A stretch of DNA of 64,000 nt from Octopus sinensis. Taxonomy: Eukaryota. The translations under genes and the position numbers were made by a program. Every line of letters starts with the position of its first letter. The first letter of the stretch is position 1. The notes under the pieces are model-generated. The model did no database searches and was not told the origin of the DNA. It worked only from the letters and a program-made list of their open reading frames with translations. This document shows positions 1 through 11,399 of this stretch, piece after piece. The DNA lies in NCBI RefSeq assembly GCF_006345805.1, contig NC_043021.1, forward strand, positions 16,864,001-16,928,000, read 5' to 3'.

Positions 1-20
1 ACATCTGAAAGAGAGGAAGG

Positions 21-54
<34 letters not shown>

Positions 55-108
55 AGAAAGAACGAAGAGATATATTAGATAGAGACAGACAGATAGACAT
101 ATAGGCAA

Positions 109-165
<57 letters not shown>

Positions 166-193
166 GGATGGATAGATAGATAGATAGACAGAC

Positions 194-225
<32 letters not shown>

Positions 226-288
226 GAGTCAATAAATAAAAATAATACAAAGATAAATCAAAACATCTGAAAGAGAGAGAGAGAAAAG

Positions 289-354
<66 letters not shown>

Positions 355-700
355 TTGATAGATATAAGAGACAGAGAGACAGATAAACAGAGAAAGTGAA
401 GGGGAGATGGACTGACAGACAGATAAACAGAGAGAGGGAGGGAGAGAAAGAAAGTCAGACAGACAGATAGGCTGGCAGACAGACAGACAGGCTGGCAGGC
501 AGGTAGACAGAGACAAAGGGAGAGACAGAAAGACAGATAGACAGACTGGAAGAGTGATAGAAAGACAGATAGAGTCAGAGATAGAGAGAGAAGTAGATGG
601 ATAGACAGGTACAGAGATAGGGAGGGAGAAAAAAAGAGACAGTCAGTCAGAGAAAGAGAGAGAGGAGGAGAAACAGACTGACAGAGAGAGGAGGAGGAGG
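1..700. repeat. compound (GA)n/(GATA)n/(GACA)n microsatellite tract
   Basis: Directly visible short tandem units. Confidence 0.95.
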
Positions 701-746
701 AGGAAGAATGAAATTAGGAAATAGAATGGGGATAGTGGAGGGGTTA

Positions 747-1340
747 GTTAAGGTGTGTAAATATAATTTCTAGACCTTAAGTTTTGTTGACTAAACTTAA
801 AAGAAGCAAAATGTGATTTGCATTTTTTTAAATTTTCATTCTTTCCTTTTCTATAATTTTTACAAACATCCAAATTAATGCAAATATGTCTTTTATATCA
901 AACAGAAAATAAGTTTAAAAGAAACCCCTAAGTTTCGTTGTTGTCTCGTAAAATATTAAACGGTACAAAGAAAGGAGACCTTTAGACGGCACGGTAGAAT
1001 ATTTTTTTAAAACGTTGGTTGAGGTGGAGTTATTTTACTTGAAGTTGTTTAACTTTATATTTTATATTATTTTGGGGGATTTTTGCTTCTTTTTCGAATT
1101 AAAATTCATAAAATTTGTGTGTGAAGCCTTTCGTTTTCGAAGAAATGATTTGCTATTAATTAATTTATTGAAAAATATTATGAAGAAAAATGTTTTCATT
1201 ATCAGCTCATAATTAAGTGGACCAAAGTTGGGATAAAAATTTAAATTATTTGATTGATTTTTTTTCTTCTTTTTCTTCATTTATTAAATATTTCACGAGT
1301 TACATTTGGGTTTCGTGTGTGAAACTTAAGGGTTACCTTA
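747..1340. mobile_element. possible non-autonomous DNA transposon remnant (AT-rich, Kolobok-like?)
   Basis: Left TTAAGGT..., right ...ACCTTATA, with CCTTAAGTTT shared in inverted orientation near both ends. Non-coding interior. Family assignment is weak. Confidence 0.3.
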
Positions 1341-1368
1341 TAAGAGAAACTGAAAATGCCTCAAGAAA

Positions 1369-1372
<4 letters not shown>

Positions 1373-1445
<73 letters not shown>

Positions 1446-1484
1446 AGTGTAATACACACAAACACACATGCGTGTACATGTGTG

Positions 1485-1540
<56 letters not shown>

Positions 1541-1640
1541 CAGATAGACAGATAGACAGACAGACAGACAGATACATACATACATACATACATACATACA
1601 TACATACATACATACATACGTACGTACGTACGTACGTACA
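1373..1640. repeat. compound (GT)n/(AGAT)n/(ACAT)n/(ACGT)n microsatellite
   Basis: Directly visible. Confidence 0.95.
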
Positions 1641-2019
1641 GATGCGTATTTGTGTACATGCGTGTAAATACGTAATGCTGGTGTGTGTTGGTGTTGAGGC
1701 ACGTGGCTTGCTGGTTACAGTTATAGAGTTACGATCACTAGGTTGTGAGTTCGATACTCAGGTTAGGGAAACCAAATGAGTACCAGGGGTAGGGCAGTGA
1801 AAAAATTTATTCTATGATTGACGGGCGTCCGTTCAGAAGCGAAGAGTATCTTGTAGCTTCCATTGCCTCACAAATCCAAATAAACACCAGGTTTGTAGGT
1901 TCAATCCAGTTTTTAACTTTATATGCATGTCTAGGAGAGTGTGTGCTTCATAGATCGATACATGAATGCATTTTGATATATGTATTGATAGATCAATATG
2001 TGAATACATGCATATGGTG

Positions 2020-2054
<35 letters not shown>

Positions 2055-3214
2055 ATTCTGAATCGGCCCTCGAGTCACTTGTAACTTCTGATTATTAAAA
2101 TTATATAAATACATACCTATATATAGTCTAAGAATCTACATCAGAAAAGAATGCATTCGTATATTTGTCAGTAGAATGGATGTATTAATCTGAGTCGCCA
2201 GTTGTTTTTTTTTTTGTGTTTGTTGGGTTTTTTTTGTGGAGGTGGGGGGGGGGTCATAACTGTCGTCTCAGAAGAGCACGCGGTATTACTCAACTGTCCC
2301 GATAGGTAACATCCGGTTTTAGTACCGAATGCGAAACCTATTAGTAAGGCCGACTGTAATGGTTTTGTAATACTGTATATTGTGATTAATGCTTGTGTGT
2401 GTCTGTGTGTTTATTCTGTCTGTGTGCGTGTGTGTGTGTGTATGTATAACCATATATATACATATGTGTGTGTGTGTAAACATATGTACATATTCAAAAA
2501 CACGCGTACATATAATACATTGTTTTTTTTCTTCTTCTTCATTTATGTGTGTATGTTATTGTAAGTGAGTGTATGTTTGTGTGTATGTGTAAACACAGTA
2601 GATACAATTTTAGCCTCATAAAAAGGAAAAAAAAGTTTTATTTGTCCCTTAGCAAAAAAATGGGATCAATGTATCAGTCTAACTAGTTTCAAGTCCTTTT
2701 TGTTTTCATTGATAGGTGGAGAGAGAGAAGAGCAATGCCCATGGTCCTTGCAGGTTCCTTTACCCCCACCCATCAGCCCCGCCTCCGGCCGGTAAGATTG
2801 CTGCCCTTAATGTTCTTGTTGGAGGTTTGTCAGCCAACACCCACGGGAAAGACATGAAGGGGGGGATGCCGGTGGGATTGTATTTAGGGAAAGAAGGATC
2901 GGATGTAGGGATCAATGTCTAGCCTTGGAGCGGGGTAGACACAACCCGGGTGATGGGTAGAGGAGAGACGAGAGGGATGAGAGGACCCTAATGGAGGTGA
3001 TATGGACCCAATCGGTTCCGACAAACAGAGGCCAAGAGAGGAGGCAAACACTGGTGGAAGTCTGACTGTCCATGACATCGACATGGTTGAACAACCATTC
3101 CCGGACTAGTTGGGGTTCACAGTAGGGGTTGTGCTACTCGTCCTTTCCATCACTGAATACAAAACGTGGCTCGCGAGTTCACCGATCGGGTGGTTCTCCT
3201 GAGTAACCCTGTCA

Positions 3215-3380
3215 CCCTTGTGCCGCAATCTGTCACAAGGGGACCCATTTACAGCTGAGTGGACTGGAGCAACGTGAAATGAATTTTTTTCTCAAAAGCA
3301 CAACGCACTGCTCGTCGGAAATCGAAACCGCGATCTCGCAATCGCAAGTGTAACATCCTAACCACCAGGCCGCGCGCCTT
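3215..3380 (-). mobile_element. tRNA-headed SINE (family F)
   Basis: Minus strand GAAGGCGCGCGGCCTGGTGGTTAGG (A box) and GGTTTCGATTTCC (B box), followed by TTTCACGTTGCTCCAGTCCACTCAGCTG. Related copy at 63668-63890. Confidence 0.8.
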
Positions 3381-3439
3381 CACTGGCCATCCATAGTGAA
3401 CAAGTCAGGCCTACTTGTTAGGTTTAAGGCCTAGATATA

Positions 3440-4345
3440 CCAACATGACATCCTCCCATGGCTCTTGGTGTATGAAATCCTAATATACACAGTGGAGGGA
3501 TTCGAAAAGAGGATCAACAGGTTCTTGCAAAAATGCCAGGAACTTATTCGGTTCCTGGGCAGCATCGGCCTGTATGGAACGAATAACAAGTTGAAGCTCT
3601 CCATCAGCAGCTGGAGAGAAAAATTCATGCTTATCCTTATTGGGGAAGTGCTGCAATTCCGAAATTCCTGTGACTCAAAAATCTTTCGGGTTAATATCAA
3701 AGTCAGATTAGGACAGAAATGGAGAACAGTGGAGGCTATCGATGCTGCAGAGTTGCAACTAAGACATTACTGGTAAATGCTGTAATTCGTGGAAAGGCGA
3801 GCCTTCGTTGGCAGCACGACACCTCCTTGAGGCAAGGTGCAAGAAAAGGAACGGGAAGCTACGGATCCAGACTGAGATGCGAGTGTCGACTGGGTGGGAA
3901 CGATCCAGCAAGAATGTTGGGATGCCTGGTCCTTAGAGAGGAGAACACCACCAGGTATAATTCTCAATTCAGGCAATTTACGACGTCCTACCGATCTTAT
4001 CCGAATTGTTCTCCTGGGGGAAATTAGAGTCATCGGCGTGACCTCTGTGTCTCAGGATTCGTGACAGACGAACTATAGACAGGAATTTTGCTGCGGTTAG
4101 CTAGGGAGTTGGTCAGCAGCGAAAGGGACTTCCGGTTTGAGAAGGGAACAAAATAATGTCAGCAGTGAGCGTTAAACGAATCTGAACTAAACAGAAATAA
4201 CTGTCGACTTAAGCCCTGATGTACGGAAAGTAATAAACCTTTGAGAAACATATTCTCGTCTCCTAGTTTGTTTGTGTATAGCTCAACAAAGCTATGAGGA
4301 ACTCTAAAACATGTTGTCAATAACTGTCCAAAGACCCTGGGAGAG
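3440..4345 (+). mobile_element. degenerate HERO-like non-LTR retrotransposon fragment (post-RT region), interrupted at ~3915-4311
   Basis: Translation KRINRFL..SIGLYGTNNKLKLSISS..EVLQFRNSCDSKI..VRLGQKWRTVEAIDAAELQLRH matches the motif series I recall from HERO/NeSL-type LINEs (SIGLYG..KL.LP..EVLQYRDS.D..VRTGRKW.A.EAV..AE.RLRH). Frameshifted. Confidence 0.7.
3915..4311. mobile_element. ~395-bp insertion, solo-LTR-like
   Basis: Begins TGTTGG and ends AAAACA. ATGTTG occurs on both sides. Contains AATAAA. The host LINE reading resumes after it. Confidence 0.45.
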
Positions 4346-4399
4346 GGGACCGGCATTCTTTCGATATGAGTCCCATTTACATCACGTGTATTTACTCTT

Positions 4400-4826
4400 T
4401 ACTCTCTTTTACTTGTTTCAGTCATTTGACTACGGCCATGCTGGAGCACCGCCTTTAATCGAGCAAATCGGCCCGGGACTTATTCTTTGCAAGCCAGAGT
4501 ACTTATTCTATCGGTCTCTTTTTGCCGAACCGCTAAGTGACGGGAACATAAACACACCAGCATCGGTTGTGTCAAGCAATGCTAAGGGGACAAACACAGA
4601 CAACCAAACACACCACACATACAGATATATATATACATATATACGACGGGCTTCTTTCAGTTCCGTCTACCAAATCACTCACAAGTCTTTGGTCGCCCGA
4701 GGCTATAGTAGAAGACACTTGCCCGAGGCTATAGTAGAAGACACTTGCCCAAGGTGCAACGCAGTGGGACTGAACCCAAACCATGTGGTTGGTAAACAAG
4801 GTACTTACCACACAGCCACTCCTGCG
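4400..4826 (-). mobile_element. tRNA-headed SINE family A, near full length, with an internal ~26-bp tandem duplication
   Basis: Minus strand GCAGGAGTGGCTGTGTGG head, GGTTCAGTCCC B box, GTGATTTGGTAGACGGAACTGAAAGAAGCCCG central domain, internal microsatellite, GCATGGCCGTAGTCAAATGACTGAAACAAG 3' end. CCCGAGGCTATAGTAGAAGACACTTG is present twice at ~4697-4748. Confidence 0.9.
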
Positions 4827-4845
4827 CCTATGTTTACATTTGAAG

Positions 4846-4990
4846 ATCGTCACTTACGGTAAAATTTCTATTTTTTTAAATATATATGTGGGGTTAGGGT
4901 TAGGGGTGGGGGGAAGGGTATCTTTTTTCTTCAGAAATGTAAATAAACCCACGTGGGTTTATAATTGACAGTTATGTTACTAGTACCGAA
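4846..4990. mobile_element. short repeat remnant with GGGTTA units and a G-quadruplex motif
   Basis: GGGGTTAGGGTTAGGGGTGGGGGGAAGGG at 4890-4918. Shares TAGTACCGAATG with ~2320. Confidence 0.35.
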
Positions 4991-5280
4991 TGATCGCCAA
5001 GGGGACCTAATACTGGAGACCTGACCAAGACCCTGAAGCTAATGGCAGAGAGCACCTGCAATGGGATTAGCTATTGCAAGCACCTCTTGCTCGACGAAAA
5101 AGTTTAACAACGTTGTCAAGGCTGGTGTGAAGAAGATGCCAGAGAGCAGGTCCACCGCTCCCTGAATCACTTTGCAAACAGCACGTGACAGCGAGCCGAA
5201 AGTTGATCTGAGGAAGTAGCTGAAGTCCCTTGAAACTGTCGCCTCAACGTAACTAAGAATAGACATGAATGCGTGCGTGT

Positions 5281-5347
<67 letters not shown>

Positions 5348-5379
5348 TCCTAGCCTTGCGCAGTGAATCAGCAATATCG

Positions 5380-5560
5380 GGAAGAAGGAAATTAGTTCAA
5401 ATATCTCGGAACTTTTATAGAAATGCGAGAATGGGATGGGCCTTAATCATAAGAAGCCGAACTTGATGAAAACATTAAGAAAGCTAATCAAACTCTAGGA
5501 ATACTTTCAAGTGTGTATAGAAACCACAATTTGGCAGTCTGTACGATTTATGGGTAGGTC
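5380..5560 (+). mobile_element. degenerate LINE reverse transcriptase C-terminal fragment (RTE-like)
   Basis: Translation EEGN*FKYLGTFI...NIKKANQTLGILSSVYRN resembles the FKYLGS...RI.KA...FG.L..VW motif. Contains stops. Confidence 0.5.
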
Positions 5561-6099
5561 TTGAACGACGTCCGGTGACGAGACTTCGGTTCAGGAGTTC
5601 TGGGATTATGGAGAGCGTGGAATCACGTCTTAATTACCGTTACTCCCAGGTCCGTTTTGACTTACGATGGTAGTACCTCTCAGGGTCTCATCTAAGGGTT
5701 AAATATGTTTCTCAGGGGTTTAGGAGGTTCCGGTTATGCTTAACAAAGCTCTGAGGGAGGAAGTTCTTCTATGGCGACCGACTGAGTGCCGAAAGTGTTG
5801 TACAGGCTTTTTGTCACTTAAATCCAATGGTGTTCAGCTGTCCCACTATTGTCTCATGTCGTCATCCGTTTTGTATTTTTTAAAGTTCGATGGCAATGAA
5901 TATCTGCGCACATGCAAGGATGCAAAGTTAATAAGAACAATCGATTTATTATCGGAGAAGCTGAGGCAATCATCATATATAAGGGGCTCTGAATAGAAGT
6001 ATTACTTTTGGTGTTTGGCAGCTGCATCTTACCAGGGATGCTCGGGTGGACGAGCATCTCTGGTACTCATTCTATTCCTAATCTCACATGATGGCTCCT

Positions 6100-6318
6100 A
6101 CCTATTTCTTTACTACCCACAAGGGGCTAAACACTGAGAGGACAAACAGATTAAGTCGATTATATCGACCCCAGTGTGTAACTGGTACTTATTTAATCGA
6201 CCCCGGAAGGATGAAAGGCAAAGTCGACCTCGGCGGAATTTGAACTCAGAACGTAACGGCAGACGAAATACGGCGACGCATTTCGCCCGGCGTGCTGACG
6301 TTTCTGCCAGCTCGCCGC
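6100..6318 (-). mobile_element. tRNA-headed SINE family B, full length
   Basis: Minus strand CGGCGAGCTGGCAGAAACGTCAGC...GTTCTGAGTTCAAATTCCGCC (B box)...GTCGATATAATCGAC...CCCTTGTGGGTAGTAAAGAAATAGG. Nearly the same as 48998-49224. Confidence 0.9.
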
Positions 6319-6559
6319 CTTCACATGATGGCTTCTACTACCAGCCACGGTACCCTCCCACTTCGGCTGATGCGCCAAACCAGGTGAGGAGATGGTGTTA
6401 AAACACTGCACCAGTAGATGAAAGACTCCGGTGAGGTTTCCCAGGGAGTCACCAGCTAGGGCGGAAGAACCTGTTCGAGGCCAAGTTGTGTCACATGTAG
6501 ATGCATGTGGTTGTGGTTATCAGCTTGGAGAGGAATGGGTGCCGCCAAGCTAACTTTCC

Positions 6560-6770
6560 CGTGATGCATACATGATGAGGACAATCAGACCGGAACCCGT
6601 ACCGGATCGGTCGTCATCCGAGTTAACATCAAACAATGGACAGACCTCAATTTCGCCGATTCACAGAGTGCAGCAGAAGACCGGAAGAAGTTGCGGAATG
6701 TGGCTACGACGTCATCAACGAATGACTCAACGACCACACGATCAAGGGATAACGGTGACCGGCGCTTCCC
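6560..6770 (+). mobile_element. degenerate RTE-clade LINE C-terminus
   Basis: NIKQWTDLNFADSQSAAEDRKKLRNVATTSS matches the RTE end motif NIKEWTGL.FA.SQRA.E.R.KWR.LV..SS. Confidence 0.65.
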
Positions 6771-6923
6771 ACTGATGATTTCCAGTAGACCGAAATCACG
6801 TGATATCAGAATTCCGGCACTCATGACAGACGACTCTCGCCTGCTACAATCAACGTGTGTACTTTTATGCACCAAACATCTGTATGAGAGGATCTTTCAA
6901 AGCTAATAACGCAATATTTGGTG

Positions 6924-7132
<209 letters not shown>

Positions 7133-7133
<1 letters not shown>

Positions 7134-7436
7134 GGGAGGCGAAATGGCCGAGTGGTTAGGGCAGCGGACTCGCGGTCGTAGGATCGCGATTTCGGTTCCC
7201 AGACCGGGCGTTGTAAGTGTTTATTGAGCGAAAACACCTAAAAAGCTCCACGAGGCTCCAGCTGGGGGTGGTGGCGATACCTGCTGTACTCTTTCGCCAA
7301 AACTTTCTCTCACTCTTTCTTCTGTCGGCCTGCTCGCTTAACCAGCGGAGTGGCGTCATTTGAAGGCTAAAACAATGCGAAGCGCATTGTGACCAGCGAT
7401 GTGTTGCAATATCTGATAACCTGGTCGGTCACGGTG
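7133..7436 (+). mobile_element. tRNA-headed SINE (octopus OK-like family)
   Basis: GGGAGGCGAAATGGCCGAGTGGTTAGGGCAGCGGACTCGCGG head (A box TGGCCGAGTGG) and GAGCGAAAACACCTAAAAAGCTCCACGAGGCTCC body. Related copies at ~8697 and ~45900. The OK family name is from memory. Confidence 0.8.
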
Positions 7437-7924
7437 TTTTATATATATATATATATTCACTTTAATGTTTTTGCCTGTATTTAATTTTAATTTGCATATG
7501 CTCGTCAGTTCGCTACGATCTCTTTAAAGTAAACAAAATTTTAAAATTTTAATTGGGGGAGGGGAAAAGGTGGGCTGGGGGGAGTTAAATTAAAAAAAAA
7601 ATTTTTTCCGTATATTTGTAATTTCCGACATCTAAAACGTAGGAATCCGAAAATTTTTTTTTCTTTTCAAAAAAATGCATTTTTCAAGGAGAGGTGCTAA
7701 ACAGCATAAGCCCCGATTTGTCAAATATGGTCAGATGTTTTGGGAAGCCAGCCATACCGATCTTGACCTCTCGTACAAAACGGAGGTCACGCAGTGGCAG
7801 ACAATGAGAGCCTTGGCAGTAATGAGGTCACTTAAATTAATCCCAGTTATCACGTATATACTATAAAATGGTAAATATACTATAATAACGGTAATTACAT
7901 CATGTTTAATTAATCCTTGTTCTT

Positions 7925-8085
7925 TATGTATGGTTGTGTAGTAAAGTTTGCTTCCGAGTCACGCGGTTTCAAATCCAGTCCCACTGTATTGCACCTTGGA
8001 CAACTGTCCTCTACTTTGAATCTGGGATGACCAAAGCCTTGAGTGCGACTTCTGTAGACAGAAACTAAAAGAAGCCTGTCTCGTA
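7925..8085 (+). mobile_element. diverged SINE family A head
   Basis: CCAGTCCCACTG..CACCTTGGACAA..ACCAAAGCCTTGAGTG..GTAGACAGAAACTAAAAGAAGCC. Confidence 0.7.
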
Positions 8086-8183
8086 CATATATATATATAT
8101 ATACATACATACATACATACATACGTACATACATACATACATACATACATACCACACACACACACACATATATATATATTATA

Positions 8184-8224
<41 letters not shown>

Positions 8225-8595
8225 GTATCTCACAGAAATATGTACACCCCTAAAAATTTTCGGTAAAATTGCTATTACTCTGAAAATATCGAAAGAAATC
8301 AAACGAAATTCATAGTGAATAAAATATTTTATGCATGCAAACATTATACAAATTTGGAACACAAAACAATAAACATTTTCAAAGATATGAACGAAATATT
8401 AATTTTCAAACGATGCAAAAATATGTACACCCTAAAGGATTATTTTCTATGTTCACTATTCGGTGTGACAACCCTCGCTTTCAATGACTGCATTAAGTCT
8501 TCTGGGCATAGGGTCGACTAGATTTCCACATACAACCGATGTAATCGACCTCCATTCATTCTGAATGATGTCTTTTAACTGTGTTACATTGCAGG

Positions 8596-8664
8596 CGTCT
8601 TGTGCCTGGGAGGGTAACTTTCTAGGTGCAATCCCACGGTCAGTCATGACCGAAGGGGGTCTCA
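8596..8664 (+). mobile_element. short 5'-truncated retroposon 3' end inserted in the Tc1
   Basis: Bounded by ACATTGCAGG at 8586-8595 and 8665-8674. Confidence 0.6.
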
Positions 8665-8674
8665 ACATTGCAGG

Positions 8675-9056
8675 CGCAATGTAGAGGCGCAATTGTGGAG
8701 GCGCAATGGCCCATTGGTTAGGGCAGCGAACTCGCGGTTTCGATTCCCAGACCGGGCGTTGTGAGTATTGAGCGAAAACACCTAAAGCTCCACGAGGCTC
8801 TGGCAGTGGGGGGAGAACCTTGCTGTACCCTTTCACCTCAACTTCCTCTCACTCTTTCTTCCTGTTTCTGTTGTACCTGTATTTCAAAGGGCCAGCCTTG
8901 TCACACTCTGTGTCACGCTGAATCTCCTTGAGAACTACGTTAAGAGTACATGTGTCTGTGGAGTGCTCAGCCACTTGCACATTAATTTCACTAGCAGGCT
9001 GTTCCGTTGATCGGATCAACTGGAACCCTCGTCGTCGTAACCGACGGAGTGCCACC
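8675..9056 (+). mobile_element. OK-like SINE (long form) inserted in the Tc1
   Basis: GGAGGCGCAATGGCCCATTGGTTAGGG head and body shared with 7133. Its 3' module is shared with 22385-22565. Bounded by ACATTGCAGG at 8665-8674 and 9057-9066. Confidence 0.85.
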
Positions 9057-9541
9057 ACATTGCAGGATTTTTTCTCCTCAACGTTCCTTTTCAAAACACC
9101 CCACAAATGTTCTATTGGGTTTAAATCAGATGACATGGTAGGCCAAGGCAATACTTTTACCTTTTTATCTGATAAAAACTTAGTCGTCATCTTTAAAGTG
9201 TGTTTAAGGCCATTATCAGGTTGGAACATAGAACGTCTTCCTAGTTCTTTGATGCTTTTCAACATTGTTTTCTGTAATATGTTACAATAAAAAAAAACCT
9301 GGATAAAATATTGAATATGGCTGACTTTTTTTAGGACGTACATATTTTCGTAACGTTTGAAAATTAATATTTCATTTATATCTTTGAAATTGTTTATTGT
9401 TTTGTGTTCTAAATTTGTATAATGTTTGCATGTATAATATATTTTACTCAGTATAAATTTCCTTTGATTTCCTTCGATATTTTCAGAGTAATGGCAATTT
9501 TACCGAAAATTTTTTAGAGGTGTACATACTTCTGTGAGATA

Positions 9542-9601
<60 letters not shown>

Positions 9602-9634
9602 ATCTATTTATATACGAGTATATGCGCGTGTGTA

Positions 9635-9683
<49 letters not shown>

Positions 9684-10132
9684 TTTTAAATGTATATATT
9701 TTTTTAATGGAGGAATGTGAGTTCGTCCTTTAATTGGAGTAATTTCCAAAGATTTCTAACGTTGTTTCTTCATACTTTACCATTGCATTTCCTAATGTAA
9801 ATTTGTATAGCTACGAAAACTTATATAGGAGCAATCAGTATATGATCTATCTTAAAATAGACATGGCTCCAAGAACTAACACATTATGATTACTAAGGGA
9901 AAAATCGATGTACTTCTAACGTCTTGTTTTAGTTTTTATTCCAACAACCAACGAGTGGAAATTTGACTTTTCCGATTTTCTATTATGAGTATCTGAGACT
10001 TTTTTGTATGAAACAAATTGTATACCAGCCTGAATAATAAAAACTATAACCCATTTTAACATCTAATCTCCTCCATTACATAAATATGAACGAATTTGTT
10101 GAATTGTGTTTAATAAGTTAAATCATATACCG

Positions 10133-10869
10133 ATTACTGGATCTTTTCCTTTTGAACGGCAGTTTGTAACATAATTTCTAGGTAACTAAAAAGTTTTAAA
10201 CTTCGTATACTGGTAGAATGTGTTTATAAAACATCATTTTCTCTTGGTTTTATTAAGAAAATTCTATAGTTTGTAAGATATTTCGTCTGAAAATCCGAGC
10301 ATTTCGGCAATTTTAACCAATCGATTACCTCCATTCAACTAAAATCATTTGCTGCGTCTAACCCTCAACCTAACCCTAACCCTAAATTTTTTTTTCTTAA
10401 TTGTTAAATTAATTTAATTGTTACGCGTGTAAAAAAAAACGAAAGCAATGGAAAATAATTTAAACAATTAACAAACAAAATAATTCTATAATTTTATGCA
10501 CACGCTTTCCGTAACACACGTATACCGAAAGCGTGTGTATAGAATTATAGAATTATTTTGTTTGTTAATTGTTTAAATTATTTTCCATTGCTTTCGTTTT
10601 TTTTTTACACGCGTAACAATTAAATTAATTTAACAATTAAGAAAAAAAAATTTAGGGTTAGGGTTAGGTTGAGGGTTAGTGACAGGATGTTGTCTCAGTT
10701 TTAGACGCAGCAAATGATTTTAGCTCAAAAGAGAGCATAGGATTGGTTAAAATTCGAAAAATTGAACTACGTTAAACAAACAAATTACGATTTTCTACCA
10801 GTATACGAAGTTTTAAAGTGTTTAGTTAACTAGAAATTGTCCGCCATTCAAAAGGAAAAGATCCCGATT

Positions 10870-10871
<2 letters not shown>
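10133..10871. mobile_element. fold-back (palindromic) MITE-like element, ~740 bp, with GGGTTA-type repeats in both arms
   Basis: Outer termini GGATCTTTTCCTTTTGAACGGC / GCCATTCAAAAGGAAAAGATCC. Inner arms 10358-10511 and 10525-10679 are almost perfectly complementary. Confidence 0.88.
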
Positions 10872-10904
<33 letters not shown>

Positions 10905-10906
<2 letters not shown>

Positions 10907-11070
10907 TTTTATTCTGTTATTTGTTTTGGTCATTTGACTGTGTCTGTGCTGGAGTCCTGCCTTTAGTCGAACAGATCGACCCCAGGACTTATTCTTAGTA
11001 AGCCTAGTACTTATTCTATCGCTCTATTTTGCCGAACCGCTAAGTTACGGGGACGTAGACACACCGACAG
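10905..11070 (-). mobile_element. SINE family A 3' half
   Basis: GTCATTTGACTG..GCTGGAG..GCCTTTAGTCGA..ACTTATTCTATCG..GCCGAACCGCTAAGTTACGGGGACG. Confidence 0.85.
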
Positions 11071-11248
11071 ATGGATTGTGGTTCACTTCAGCTGTTTCGG
11101 GTGTATTTTTGTATTCTATGTGTGTATGCGTGTGTGTGTAATATTTTCTTCAAATCTTCAGACAATTCTTTTCCTTTATTTATATATATATATATATATA
11201 TAGATAAATGTACATATATATATATATCGATATATATATATATATATG

Positions 11249-11280
<32 letters not shown>

Positions 11281-11330
11281 CATACATACATACATGTGTG
11301 TGCATATTTATGCATCACTCTGTTTGTGTG

Positions 11331-11362
<32 letters not shown>

Positions 11363-11399
11363 TAGATAGATAGATAGACAGACAGATAGATAGATACAG

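Larger units (their letters stand above)
8223..9544 (-). mobile_element. internally deleted Tc1 (DD34E) transposon with long IR/DR terminal repeats
   Basis: ~210-bp inverted repeats (8223-8432 and 9331-9544), each with an inner and outer ATATGTACACC-type direct repeat. Minus-strand transposase remnant MFQPDN...WPTMSSDLNPIEHLW...EEKKSCNV|TQLKDIIQNEW...MPRRLNAVIESEGCHT has 34 residues between D and E. Confidence 0.92.

Noticed and set aside
7133-7210. tRNA gene
   Set aside because: A/B boxes are present but there is no complete cloverleaf, and the sequence continues into a multi-copy SINE body. The same applies to all other SINE heads.
9700-10100. Possible degenerate Penelope RT remnant
   Set aside because: Too decayed; no motif could be supported.
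10358-10390. Telomere or interstitial fusion site
   Set aside because: Only 3-4 imperfect units embedded symmetrically in a MITE.
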